From the NCBI GenBank assembly GCA_965208835.1, contig OZ242358.1, positions 448,001 to 512,000 on the forward strand: a stretch of 64,000 nucleotides of DNA, read 5' to 3'. How positions within the stretch are numbered: the first letter of the stretch is position 1; the number at the start of each line of letters is the position of its first letter. The notes beneath the pieces were generated by a model, which was not told the DNA's origin, ran no database searches, and saw nothing but the letters and a program-made list of their open reading frames with translations. This DNA is from Candidatus Latescibacterota bacterium. GTDB lineage: Bacteria > Latescibacterota > UBA2968 > GCA-2709665. The position numbers and the translations under genes were made by a program. This document shows, piece after piece, positions 19,104 through 29,583 of the stretch.

Positions 19104-22100
19104 ATGAGACGACGTTTATTTCATCCATTCCTGTTTGTGCTCGGCTTTGCTGTCTTTCCGCTGTCGTCTGCACATGCGTCTTCCCAGCCGACTGACAGCC
19201 TTCATATTTGCGCCTTCGACGACTACGAACCGTGGCGGCGCGATCAATCCCGGCCGGCGGCCAAGCGGCCGGCGAATCTGAACGTGGGCGAATCCCGCAC
19301 GGTGCGAATGATCTACTTCCTGCCGAACGACTGGCCGTACCGCGCGGAAGTGGTCGATTCGATGAAGGCGGTAGTCGTGCAGAGTCAGACCTTCTATCGA
19401 GAGCAGATGAAGGCGCACGGCTACGGCGATTGGACCTTCGGCATAGAGACCGATGCCCAGGGCGAGCCGCTGGTACATCGCGTGGATGGACAACACCCGT
19501 TCAGCCACTACGACAACACCCTCGGCAACGCGGTGGTTACTGAGCTTGAACAGTCGTTCGACCTGGATGCCAACATCTATTTCATCGTCCTCGGCACCGA
19601 TGCGCTTCGTCAGGGTAACGGTCAACCTGCCGGAGGCGTCGGACGGCGAAGGACGAAAAACGGCGGCGCCTTGGTCGTGCCGGACAGATTCAGTTTCTTT
19701 ACGATAGCACATGAATTGGGACATACCTTCGGGCTGTACCATGATTTCCGGGACAACCGGTACATCATGTCGTATGGCGGAGACGCACGCGGAACTCTGT
19801 CTGCGTGCGCTGCGGAATTCCTGTCCGCGCATGCGTATTTCAATACCACAGTCCCGATTGCAGAAGGGGAGCCGCCCAGGGTTGAAATCATCTCGTCCAC
19901 GAGATATGAACCCGGCTCGACAAGTGTCCGGGTCCAACTCCGGATCGGCGACTCGGAGGGACTTCATCAGGTGGGAATGATCGGTACATCAAGGTGGTGT
20001 CGTGGACTGACCGGCGAAAGTGATGCAGTCGTTGAGTACGACTATGACGGCAGCTATGGGCAACGGGGCTATACGCGACTTTCGGATCAGGCCAAGCATC
20101 ACCTTCTCGTCGTCGCTGTCGATACCGACGGGAACATAAGCGAGAACTGGTTTTCGCTCGTGGAGATTTCGCCGTATGAGATCGACAGGGTAAGAGGACC
20201 GCTGGATATCATCACTTCGGTGGCGTTTTCGCCCGATGGAGCCCTCCTCGCCTACGGGTCTAAATCCAAACCCCCTCGTTCTGATGCCACGGTCGTGCTG
20301 TGGGACGTAGAGACACGCGAAGATATCGTCAAAATGGATGCGACGTCGGTTCCGAAGGTGGCGTTTTCCCGGGATGGGACGCTCGCCTTCGAGGCTGGGG
20401 ATAGGGTCGCACTTTGGGACGTGGCCACTCGACAAGGGATCGCCACCCTCAAGGCGTATTCTTCGGTGGCATTTTCCCGCGATGGTACCCTGCTCGCGAC
20501 CAGGGGGTGGTGGCAAGATCCTCCGCATTCGATCAAGCTGTGGGACGTTGCGAGCCGAACGCTGCGTGTCACCCTGGAAGGACACACGGATCAGATCAAC
20601 GCGTTGGCCTTTTCGCCCGATGGGGCCCTGCTCGCCTCCGGGTCAGGGAATGGTAGGTTAGGAGATGATGGGGTCAGGCTCTGGGACGTGGCGAGCAGGA
20701 AGGAGATCGCCGCCATCGAGGTTACGGGGGACGGGGTCTGGTCCGTGGCGTTTTCGCCCGATGGAACCATCCTCGCCTGGGGGTCATCACGTGGCGGGGT
20801 CACGCTGTGGGACGTGGCGAACCGAAAGGAGATCGCCTTCGTTGGGAACGGCGGACCTCCCGTGGCGTTTTCCCCGGCCGGGGCTACCCTGTTCTTCGGT
20901 TCGGGAGGGGGCGCGATCACGCTGTGGGACGTGGGGAGCCGGGAAGAGATCATCACCCTGGCAGGTGAGTCTCCTGATGTCCATTCAATCTCGATATCGC
21001 CGGATGGAACCATGCTCGCAGCCGGGTCGTGGTGGGCCGGCACGATCACCCTCTGGGATGTGTCGGAGTGGACGGGACCCCGTCCCTTTGCGCTGGAGAT
21101 CGTCTCCGGCGACGGCCAGCAGGGTGCGCCAGGCGTCGCCCTGCCCCATCCCCTGTTAGTGGAAGTTCGGGACCAGTACGGCAATCCCCTGCCGGATGCG
21201 GACGTCACCTTCACGGTGACCGCCGGGGAGGGCCAGCTCAGCGGCCGGTTCACGGTGGAGCACGCCACCACCGATGCCGACGGCCGGGCCGAGTTGATCC
21301 TGACTCTAGGGCCTCAGCCGGGACCGAACATCGTGGGCCTTTCTCTCGGGGGGCGCGAGTTGGCGGCGTTTACCGCACATGGGGTGGGAGGGGCCGTGGT
21401 GGAGATGGAGGGCAATTACCAGAGCTGGCATCTGCCCAGGTTCGCAACGGCGCGACTGGGCAAAGGCGCGATGGGGCAAGGCGACCGGGCCGTGGCCCTT
21501 TCGGCGGACGGGCGCTGTCTGGCCGTGGCCAGCGGCATCGGCGTGTGGCTGTACGAGGCGGCCACGTCCCGGGCCCTGGCGCTGCTGCCGACGGAGAGGG
21601 CGGTGCATTCGGTGGCGTTCTCCCACGGCGGCACCCTGGCGGCTGGGCTCGACAACGGCCGGGTCGACCTGTGGAAGGTGGAGACCGGGGAACGGATCAC
21701 GACCTTCAGGCACGGGGACTGGGGCGGGGTCACGGTGGTGTTCTCAACGGACGGCACGAAACTGGCTTCGGGATCGGGACATCAAACCATCAAGCTTTGG
21801 GAAATTGAGACGATGCGTGAGTTGGGCGCCTGGGAGGTACAGCGGGGGAGCGACAACTATTGGGATATCTCGGTGGATTTTTCCCCTGATGGGACCAGAC
21901 TGGCGTCGGGGTTTCAGGATGGCACGGTCCGGCTGTGGGACGTGGCGACCCGGACGAAGGCAGCAACTCTGGAGGGGCACACGGACCGGGTTGCCTCCGT
22001 GTCGTTCTCACCGGATGGCTCGCTTCTGGCGTCGGCAGGCGGAGGACGGGATGATCGCACGGTCAAGTTGTGGGATATGGGTACCCATACCGAGGTCGCC

Positions 22101-23714
22101 ACACTGAGGGGGCATACCGATCGCCTGCAATCGGTGGCTTTCTCCGGGCCACACGGCGACACCCTTGCTTCGGGATCGTCGGACCGTACGGTCCGGCTGT
22201 GGGACGTGACTGAACACGAAGAGGTGGCAATCCTGAAGGAACAGGGCGCCGGGATTCGTTCGGTGGCCTTCTCCCGCGAAGGGGCCACCCTCGTCTCCGC
22301 CGCTGCAGACGGCACGGTGCTGCTGAGGGACGTGGAGACCGGCAACGCCGCCGGTCTTTCCGGTCACGGGTCCTTGTCCTCGATGGCGCTTTCTGCCGAT
22401 GGCGTTACTCTGGCTATAGCGTCTGCCGATGGCACGATCGGGCTGTGGGACGCAGCCCGGAAGGCAAGGATTGCCACTCTTGAAGGACATACGTCCGGGG
22501 TCATCTCCGTTTCATTTTCCTCCGACGGCGCCACACTGGCTTCCGGTTCGTGGGACCGCACGGTCAGGTTATGGGACGTGAAGACCCGGGAACCGGCGGG
22601 AACGCTGAAAGGGCACACAAGTTGGGTCAATGCGGTGTCGTTTTCGCCGGACGGCGCCATTCTGGCTTCGGCTGGAGGGCGGGATGATGCCACGGTAAGA
22701 CTCTGGGACGTCAGGACTCTCGCGCATGTCGGCAGCCTTGAAGGGCATAAGAGTGATGTAATCTCGGTGTCATTCTCCTACAACGGCGTCCGGCTGGCAT
22801 CTGGCGGCGGTTACGAAGACAAGACGGTCAGGCTATGGAACGTAGTCACGCGTGAACTGATCGGCGTCCTGGAAGGGCATACGGGTTCGGTCGGCGCCGT
22901 GGTGTTTTCACCCAACGACGGTCTACTGGCCTCGGGATCTCAAGACGGTATCACGTTATGGGATACGGGTACGCGGCAACGGAGGTCCTCTCTGAACAAC
23001 CGGCGTTCTGTCAATTCATTGGCGTTTTCGGCGGACGGGACAACGCTTGCTGCAGGGTCCTGGGGCGGCGCAACATTGTGGGACGTGGAGACACGGGAAC
23101 AGATTGTCTACCTGGAGGGTCACACGCGATCGGTCCATTCGGCGGAGTTTTCAGCTGACGGCGACGTCCTGGCCACCGGCGCATCGGATGGCACGTTGTT
23201 GCTGTGGGATCTGCAGCGTCTCCATTCCCTTCCCGGCACATTCAAGTCCGTCACCCCACAACAACAGCAGGGACGCGCGGGAACCCTTTTAGCCGAGCCC
23301 TTTGTCATAGTGGTGCTTGACCTGAATGGGGTTCCGCTGTCCGGGGTCACGGTTACTTTCAATGTCACGGCCGGCGGCGGGACGCTGTCCATTACCAAAG
23401 CCACCACGGATGAGAATGGCCGCGCTGCCACGACTCTGACTCTTGGACGCCAACCCGGGACGAACAGGGTTGTGGCAACTGTATCCGATCTTCAACCGGT
23501 GACGTTCACCGCCATTGGCAGACCTCACGCCGACTTCGATGGCGACGGGACCGTGGGCTTCGCCGATTTTCTCCAATTTGCGGCGCAATTCGGGACGAGT
23601 CAGCGAGACGAGGGGTATGACGTGCGATTCGACCTGGACGGCAACGGCACGATCGGGTTCAGTGATTTCCTCATCTTTGCCGGTGCGTTTGGTAAGAGTA
23701 CTGGGTCCAGTTGA
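19104..23714 (+). CDS. Secreted metzincin-like protease + WD40 + two Ig-like domains + dockerin-like tail
   Basis: Start reset to MRRRLFHPFL (signal peptide; 19065 also possible). AHELGHTFGLYH..YIMSY gives HExxHxxGxxH plus Met-turn. ADFDGDGTVGFADF. Confidence 0.85.
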   Translation: MRRRLFHPFLFVLGFAVFPLSSAHASSQPTDSLHICAFDDYEPWRRDQSRPAAKRPANLNVGESRTVRMIYFLPNDWPYRAEVVDSMKAVVVQSQTFYREQMKAHGYGDWTFGIETDAQGEPLVHRVDGQHPFSHYDNTLGNAVVTELEQSFDLDANIYFIVLGTDALRQGNGQPAGGVGRRRTKNGGALVVPDRFSFFTIAHELGHTFGLYHDFRDNRYIMSYGGDARGTLSACAAEFLSAHAYFNTTVPIAEGEPPRVEIISSTRYEPGSTSVRVQLRIGDSEGLHQVGMIGTSRWCRGLTGESDAVVEYDYDGSYGQRGYTRLSDQAKHHLLVVAVDTDGNISENWFSLVEISPYEIDRVRGPLDIITSVAFSPDGALLAYGSKSKPPRSDATVVLWDVETREDIVKMDATSVPKVAFSRDGTLAFEAGDRVALWDVATRQGIATLKAYSSVAFSRDGTLLATRGWWQDPPHSIKLWDVASRTLRVTLEGHTDQINALAFSPDGALLASGSGNGRLGDDGVRLWDVASRKEIAAIEVTGDGVWSVAFSPDGTILAWGSSRGGVTLWDVANRKEIAFVGNGGPPVAFSPAGATLFFGSGGGAITLWDVGSREEIITLAGESPDVHSISISPDGTMLAAGSWWAGTITLWDVSEWTGPRPFALEIVSGDGQQGAPGVALPHPLLVEVRDQYGNPLPDADVTFTVTAGEGQLSGRFTVEHATTDADGRAELILTLGPQPGPNIVGLSLGGRELAAFTAHGVGGAVVEMEGNYQSWHLPRFATARLGKGAMGQGDRAVALSADGRCLAVASGIGVWLYEAATSRALALLPTERAVHSVAFSHGGTLAAGLDNGRVDLWKVETGERITTFRHGDWGGVTVVFSTDGTKLASGSGHQTIKLWEIETMRELGAWEVQRGSDNYWDISVDFSPDGTRLASGFQDGTVRLWDVATRTKAATLEGHTDRVASVSFSPDGSLLASAGGGRDDRTVKLWDMGTHTEVATLRGHTDRLQSVAFSGPHGDTLASGSSDRTVRLWDVTEHEEVAILKEQGAGIRSVAFSREGATLVSAAADGTVLLRDVETGNAAGLSGHGSLSSMALSADGVTLAIASADGTIGLWDAARKARIATLEGHTSGVISVSFSSDGATLASGSWDRTVRLWDVKTREPAGTLKGHTSWVNAVSFSPDGAILASAGGRDDATVRLWDVRTLAHVGSLEGHKSDVISVSFSYNGVRLASGGGYEDKTVRLWNVVTRELIGVLEGHTGSVGAVVFSPNDGLLASGSQDGITLWDTGTRQRRSSLNNRRSVNSLAFSADGTTLAAGSWGGATLWDVETREQIVYLEGHTRSVHSAEFSADGDVLATGASDGTLLLWDLQRLHSLPGTFKSVTPQQQQGRAGTLLAEPFVIVVLDLNGVPLSGVTVTFNVTAGGGTLSITKATTDENGRAATTLTLGRQPGTNRVVATVSDLQPVTFTAIGRPHADFDGDGTVGFADFLQFAAQFGTSQRDEGYDVRFDLDGNGTIGFSDFLIFAGAFGKSTGSS

Positions 23715-23948
23715 GGATCTGAGGGGCCTGGGTTTAGCCTGAATTCTCCACGCCGGCCAGTCGAAAAAGCGAAAGAACGGCAGAGAAATGGTGCCATTAT
23801 AATGCTACGAATTTGCTTTTTCTCCGATCACAGCCTCCGCTCAATGTACCGTCAGATTGCGAAATTAATTCGCCTTCAATCCGCCAGGCAGACGAGATTC
23901 TACGTCGCCAGGAAATCACGAATCAAGGTCCATTCAAAGGGTATGCAA

Positions 23949-26900
23949 ATGAACATCAGGATAGATTTCCTCATTAAGTCCTGTCTGGCGATGCTCTGTT
24001 TCATCGTAGTCGGGTCAGCGTCTTCCCATCCACCTGAGAACGTGCATTACCTTGAGCCATTCGATTACGAACAGTGGCGGCGCGATCACCCACTTCCCGC
24101 GGCAAAGCGTTCGGACGACCTTAACGTGGGCGAACCACGCACGGTGCGGATGATCTACTTTTTGCCCAACGACCGTTCCTTTCGGCAAGAGGTGGTCGGT
24201 TCGATGAAGACGGAGATCAAGCGGGTGCAGACCTTCTATGCCGAGCAGATGGAGGCGCACGGGTACGGCGCCAGGACCTTCCGGGTCGAATCCGATTCCG
24301 ACGGCCAACCGCTGGTGCATCAGGTGGATGGGCAACACCCCGATAGCCATTATTACAGGAATACGTTATCGCTTGTCGATGGCGAGCTTGCACCAACATT
24401 CGACTTGGCAACGAATGTGTACGTCATCGTAGTCGATAACAGTTCGGGGAAAATTGGCGTCAGCCCTCACGAAGAGCCGTGGTCGATAGGGAGGGCACGA
24501 CGGGTCGGGAAAGTCGGCGGGGCCGTGTACATAACCGGCGAATTCCGGAGCACCCACGTAGCTCTCATTGGACACGAAATTGGACACGCGTTCGGTCTCC
24601 TGCACGATAACAGCAATTTTGATTACGTCATGTCCCAGGGACCGGGACAGACTCGGCTTTCTGCGTGCCACGCTGAATTCCTCGCTGTGCATCCCTATTT
24701 CAATGCCGCTATCCCGATTGAACAGGCGTCCCCACCCACCATCACAGTTACATCGCCCCTGAAGTATCCTCCAGGATCTACCAAGGTCCCTATCCGAGTT
24801 GAAGTCGGAGATTCAGACGGGGTCCATCAAGTGTCGCTACTCTACACATCGTGGGATTTATACGCTTGTGTTGGAGTGAAGGGCGAAGAAAATGCCGTCG
24901 TAGAATTCGACTTCAGCGGCAGCACCTATGCTCGCGTTACCAATAGTCTCCATGAGGACCCAACGCAACCGTTGACGATCATTGCAGTTGATACCAGGGG
25001 AAACACAGGACACCACCGGTTCCAGCTTGTGAGGGATTCCCCTGAACAGATCGCCACACTTGAAGGGCATACGCGTGCAGCCAACTCAGTGGCGTTCTCC
25101 CCTGACGGCGCTACCCTGGCTTCCGTATCGGACGACGGCACGCTCAAGCTGTGGGACGTGGCCACGCGAACCGGGGTCGCCACACTGGAAGGACATACGG
25201 GTGCGGTGAACTCAGTGGCGTTCTCCCCCGACGGCGCCACCCTGGCTTCCGGATCGGACGGCGGCACGCTCAAGCTGTGGGACGTGGCCACGCGAACCGG
25301 GGTCGCCACACTGGAAGGACATACGGGTGCGGTGAACTCAGTGGCGTTCTCCCCCGACGGCGCCACCCTGGCTTCCGGATCGGACGACGGCACGCTCAAG
25401 CTGTGGGACGTGGCCGCAATACAGGAAAAACACACCCTCACAGGACATGCGGCTTCCGTCAGTTCCGTGGCGTTTTCGTCGGATGGGAACACGCTGGCCT
25501 CCGCGTCCGGGGATGGAACGGTGCGGTTGTGGGACGTGGCCTCGCGTACCGAGGTTGTGACGCTTGAAGGGGATACCCGCGGGATGACGTCGATCGCGTT
25601 TTCGCCTGACGGTACGATGCTGGCTGCTGGCTCCAGGGGTAGCACGATCATGCTGTGGGACGTGGCCTCGCGGGTTCGAATTGCCAACCTCGAGTATCAA
25701 TGCGGTGGGTGGCAATCGGTTGCGTTTTCTCCCGGCGGTGCGATTCTGGCCGGCGCTGCGGGTAATTCAGCGGTTTATCTTTGGGACGTGAGAGCTCGGG
25801 AACGGATCGCAACGCTGACCGGACAAACGGGTTCCGTGTTAGAGGCGGTCTTTTCCTCTGATGGCGCCACCCTGGCCGCCGGCTCGCGGGACAACACCGT
25901 CAACCTTTGGGACACATCCCTGTGGACGCGTCCCCGTCCCTTTGCGCTGGAGATCGTCTCCGGCGACAGGCAACAAGGCACGCCAGGATTGGCGCTTGCC
26001 CAGCCGCTGGTTGTGCTGGTCAAGGATCAGCACGGCAATCCTCTTTCCAATGCGTCGGTGACGTTCATTGTCACGGGTGGCGATGGCAGGCTCAGCGGCC
26101 GGTACACGTCGCAGCGCGCAGTCAGCGATGCAAGCGGCCTGGCTGCAATTGCGCTCACGCTGGGCCCGCGTCCCGGAACATACACCGTGGGGGTATTCGT
26201 CGGCAGCGTGGAAGACGCAAGTTTTCAGGCCGAAGGCGTGGAGACCGGGGTCACCTCACTTGTGGGAAACTACGTGGGGTGGTATCTGCCGGAAGGCGCC
26301 GCCGCGCGCCTGGGCAGAGGAACCATGGGATCGAGTGACCGTGCGGTATCCCTAACACCGGATGGACGTACGCTGGCGGTCGCCTCCTCCATCGGCGTAT
26401 GGCTGTACGAGGCGGAGACGTCCCGGGCACTGGCGCTGCTGTCTACGACGAGACCGGCCCATTCGGTCTCTTTCTCCCCCGACGGAACCCTGGCTGCGGG
26501 GCTGGCCGATGGGAGTGTCGAGTTGTGGGGCGTGGAATCGGGCGCACGGATCGCCACGCTGAGGCATTCGGATCGGGGCCGGGTCACGGTGGTCTTCTCT
26601 CCGGACGGAACGAGACTGGCTTCCGGTTCGGACGACGGTACGCTCAAGCTGTGGGACGTGTCTGCGCGTACCGGGGTGGCCACACTCGAAGGACATACGG
26701 GTGCGGTGAACTCAGTGGCGTTCTCCCCTGACGGCGTCACCCTGGCTTCCGGTTCGGACGACGGTACGCTCAAGCTGTGGGACATGGCCACCCAAGCCGA
26801 GGTCGCTACCCTAAGAGGACATACGAAGGGAGTCTCATCGATGGCGTATTCGCCCAAGGGAGACCGCCTTGCGTCCGCAGGCCGCTACGGAGATGGCACA

Positions 26901-28301
26901 GTGATTCTGTGGGATGTCACGGCGCAATCGCAGGTCGCCACGCTGGACCCCCCTGGTGTACGGTATGCCCAGTCGGTGGTGTTTTCCCCAGATGGGGCCG
27001 TCCTGTTTACGGGGTTGGGGGTGGGGGGTAGCGGTGCGATTCTCGTCTGGGATGTGGAAACAGGGAGTCAGATTGGCTTGATTGGAGGACATGAGCATGT
27101 GAGGGGCGGTGTCAACTCGATGGCGGTTTCACCGGACGGCGCCACTCTCGCCTCCGCCTCCTCACAAGGGATATTGCTGCGGGATCTGGAGACGGAAAGT
27201 TCCGTCACGCTCTACGGGCATGTGCAAATCAACGCGATTGCGCTCTCCAACGACGGCAACATCCTCGCCACGGCATTGGCAAACAGCCAGGTCGATCTTT
27301 GGAACACATCAACCAGGTCGAGGATCGCCACGCTCTCGTGGAATGCCAGCTTGGGCACGCCGCATAGTTTTTGGTCTGTTGCGATTTCCCCCGACGGCGG
27401 TACCCTGGCTGCCGGGTCGCTTTACCGGCTCCATCTGTGGGACCTTGAGACGCGAAGGGAGATTGCCACGCTCAAGAAGCATCCTGGTTGGATCCCATCG
27501 GTGGCGTTTTCGCGGGACGGTGCGCTGTTGGCGACTGGGGGTGGGCATATACCTGATGGGGGGCAGGATCGAACGATCAGGTTGTGGGACGTGATCTCGC
27601 GGACCGAGGTCGGTATGCTGGAAGGACACACGAATGATGTGATGTCCCTGTCGTTTTCGCCAAATGGGAGTACGCTGGCCAGCGGCAGTCGTGACAATAC
27701 GGCGCGGTTGTGGGACGTGGCCTCGCGAACGGAGATTGCCACGCTGGCCGGACACGGGTCCGCTGTGCGTGCGGTGTCGTTTTCGCCGGGCGGCTCTACT
27801 CTTGCATCCGGGGCAGAGGACCACACGATCAAGCTGTGGGAAGTGGGGACCCGGTCCCTTATCGGTACGATGGATAATCGGGGTTCTGTCTATTCGGTGG
27901 CGTTCTCACCTGATGGGGAGACCTTCGTTTCGGGGTCAAGGGGTTCGGTCCGGTTGTGGGACGTGGAAACCCGGAACCAGATCACCACCCTGGACGGACA
28001 TTCGAGTGAGGTCCATTCCGTCGCGTTCTCGCCGGATGGAAGAACCCTGATCAGCGGCAGCGACGACGGCACGATGCTGCTGTGGGACGTCGCGCAGTAC
28101 CTCACACCTTCAATAGCCAATCCGGACTTCGACGGCGACGGGACCGTGGGCTTCGGAGATTTCGTGCAGTTTGCCGGAAAGTTCGGATCGAAAAGAGGGG
28201 ATGCCGGGTACGAGGTGCGCTTCGATCTGGACGGCAACGGCGCGATCGGGTTCAGTGATTTTCTCATCTTCGCCGGCGCTTTCGGCAAGCGCTTGAACTG
28301 A
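23949..28301 (+). CDS. Secreted metzincin-like protease + WD40 + Ig-like + dockerin-like tail (paralog of 19104-23714)
   Basis: Start reset to MNIRIDFLIK; GHEIGHAFGLLH..YVMS; shares LNVGExRTVRMIYFLPND; PDFDGDGTVGFGDF. Confidence 0.85.
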   Translation: MNIRIDFLIKSCLAMLCFIVVGSASSHPPENVHYLEPFDYEQWRRDHPLPAAKRSDDLNVGEPRTVRMIYFLPNDRSFRQEVVGSMKTEIKRVQTFYAEQMEAHGYGARTFRVESDSDGQPLVHQVDGQHPDSHYYRNTLSLVDGELAPTFDLATNVYVIVVDNSSGKIGVSPHEEPWSIGRARRVGKVGGAVYITGEFRSTHVALIGHEIGHAFGLLHDNSNFDYVMSQGPGQTRLSACHAEFLAVHPYFNAAIPIEQASPPTITVTSPLKYPPGSTKVPIRVEVGDSDGVHQVSLLYTSWDLYACVGVKGEENAVVEFDFSGSTYARVTNSLHEDPTQPLTIIAVDTRGNTGHHRFQLVRDSPEQIATLEGHTRAANSVAFSPDGATLASVSDDGTLKLWDVATRTGVATLEGHTGAVNSVAFSPDGATLASGSDGGTLKLWDVATRTGVATLEGHTGAVNSVAFSPDGATLASGSDDGTLKLWDVAAIQEKHTLTGHAASVSSVAFSSDGNTLASASGDGTVRLWDVASRTEVVTLEGDTRGMTSIAFSPDGTMLAAGSRGSTIMLWDVASRVRIANLEYQCGGWQSVAFSPGGAILAGAAGNSAVYLWDVRARERIATLTGQTGSVLEAVFSSDGATLAAGSRDNTVNLWDTSLWTRPRPFALEIVSGDRQQGTPGLALAQPLVVLVKDQHGNPLSNASVTFIVTGGDGRLSGRYTSQRAVSDASGLAAIALTLGPRPGTYTVGVFVGSVEDASFQAEGVETGVTSLVGNYVGWYLPEGAAARLGRGTMGSSDRAVSLTPDGRTLAVASSIGVWLYEAETSRALALLSTTRPAHSVSFSPDGTLAAGLADGSVELWGVESGARIATLRHSDRGRVTVVFSPDGTRLASGSDDGTLKLWDVSARTGVATLEGHTGAVNSVAFSPDGVTLASGSDDGTLKLWDMATQAEVATLRGHTKGVSSMAYSPKGDRLASAGRYGDGTVILWDVTAQSQVATLDPPGVRYAQSVVFSPDGAVLFTGLGVGGSGAILVWDVETGSQIGLIGGHEHVRGGVNSMAVSPDGATLASASSQGILLRDLETESSVTLYGHVQINAIALSNDGNILATALANSQVDLWNTSTRSRIATLSWNASLGTPHSFWSVAISPDGGTLAAGSLYRLHLWDLETRREIATLKKHPGWIPSVAFSRDGALLATGGGHIPDGGQDRTIRLWDVISRTEVGMLEGHTNDVMSLSFSPNGSTLASGSRDNTARLWDVASRTEIATLAGHGSAVRAVSFSPGGSTLASGAEDHTIKLWEVGTRSLIGTMDNRGSVYSVAFSPDGETFVSGSRGSVRLWDVETRNQITTLDGHSSEVHSVAFSPDGRTLISGSDDGTMLLWDVAQYLTPSIANPDFDGDGTVGFGDFVQFAGKFGSKRGDAGYEVRFDLDGNGAIGFSDFLIFAGAFGKRLN
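25136..25415 (+). repeat. Near-perfect 126-bp tandem WD40 blade duplication
   Basis: 25136-25260 is identical to 25262-25386; a related copy lies at ~26617-26782. Confidence 0.9.
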
Positions 28302-28423
28302 TCGTTGAACTTAACAACCGACAGCCTGTGGCAGTTAGTGGATTTTCCGCGCTCGGATTCGGAATCACACCCTGGACAGTTCCGGACCTCCTGGCTGATC
28401 CCTCCCGGCGTTTATTCAACCCG

Positions 28424-28966
28424 CTATACCGCCCTGTAGAACAGCCTGAGCGTATTGTCGCCACCGAACAGAATATCCAGAAGCGCCTGTATATCCGGGT
28501 CAACCTCGTCCGTACCTCCGGACTGCCGGATCAGGTTCAGGTATCGCTCCTTGTTCACGATGAGCGTCAGGTCGGCGCCGTCCACAGAGTACTGGCATTG
28601 GATGGTATATCCATCCTCGGCGACAATCGTAAGCACGTCGCCCTGAACCGACCAGACGCCGGAACTTCCGGAATTATCTTCGAAGGTCCCGTCCGCGTTG
28701 AACCGCAGCACCGACAACCCGGTATGCCGGAACCCTGCTTCCATCTCGTTCCGGAATCCATCCACCATCCGCTGCGCGGACGCCAGATTCCAGCCCTGCC
28801 CCAGCAGGTAATCCCGCAGGTTGGCCGCCGCGGTCGAAGCGAAATCGGTGCCCCTGTACGTCCACGAGCCGACAAGGTCGCGGACCGGTTCCGTGGGTTT
28901 GTCTTCACCGCAGGATATCGCAAGACCGAACAACACCGCCAGGCCGAAAACCGACCGCCGGCTCAT
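28424..28966 (-). CDS. Lipoprotein, lipocalin-like (180 aa)
   Basis: Lipobox LAIS-C; LVGSWTY; start reset to MSRRSVF. Confidence 0.75.
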   Translation of the reverse strand: MSRRSVFGLAVLFGLAISCGEDKPTEPVRDLVGSWTYRGTDFASTAAANLRDYLLGQGWNLASAQRMVDGFRNEMEAGFRHTGLSVLRFNADGTFEDNSGSSGVWSVQGDVLTIVAEDGYTIQCQYSVDGADLTLIVNKERYLNLIRQSGGTDEVDPDIQALLDILFGGDNTLRLFYRAV

Positions 28967-29040
28967 CAGGACGCCCTCCGTCTTTGTCGCCACCTGAGCT
29001 TCGCGCATCCATCAGTCAGGCGCGAGCGTATTCCCATGGG

Positions 29041-29583
29041 TCATCTGGCCCTGTAGAAGAGTCTCAGGGAGTCGCCGTCGCCGAACAGGATATCGAGAAG
29101 CGCCAGCGAATCCGTGTCGAGCTCGGCCGCGCCCTCCGTCTGCCTGATAATGTTAAGATATCGTTCCTTGGTCAGGATGAGCGTCAGGTCTTCGCCGTCT
29201 ATAAAGTACTGGCACTGAATGGTAAACCCGTCTTCCTCCACCATCGTGAGTACGTCGCCCAGGACCGACCACACGCCCGAATTGCCTGAATTATCTTCGT
29301 AGGTCCGGTCCTCATTGAATCGCACGATTTCCAGGCCGGTCTCGCGGAAGCCTCTATCCATCTCGTTCCTGAATTCTGCGACGAACTGCTGCGCGGCCGC
29401 TGCGTCCACCCCCTGACTCAGCAGGTAATCCTGCAGGTTGGTCGCCGCGGTCGAACTGAAATCGGTTCCCTGGTACGTCCATGATCCCACCAGATCTTGA
29501 CCCGGCGCCGTTGGTTTGTCGTCACCACACGATATCGCAAATACCGCAATGACCGCCAGAGCGAAAACCGTCAGCCTGTTCAT
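29041..29583 (-). CDS. Lipoprotein, tandem paralog of 28424-28966 (180 aa)
   Basis: FAIS-C lipobox; LVGSWTY; collinear with the neighbour. Confidence 0.8.
   Translation of the reverse strand: MNRLTVFALAVIAVFAISCGDDKPTAPGQDLVGSWTYQGTDFSSTAATNLQDYLLSQGVDAAAAQQFVAEFRNEMDRGFRETGLEIVRFNEDRTYEDNSGNSGVWSVLGDVLTMVEEDGFTIQCQYFIDGEDLTLILTKERYLNIIRQTEGAAELDTDSLALLDILFGDGDSLRLFYRAR

Noticed and set aside
10710-28301. Diversity-generating retroelement or NLR/STAND system
   Set aside because: No reverse transcriptase, no evident adenine-specific template/variable repeat pair and no P-loop NTPase; the proteins have signal peptides.
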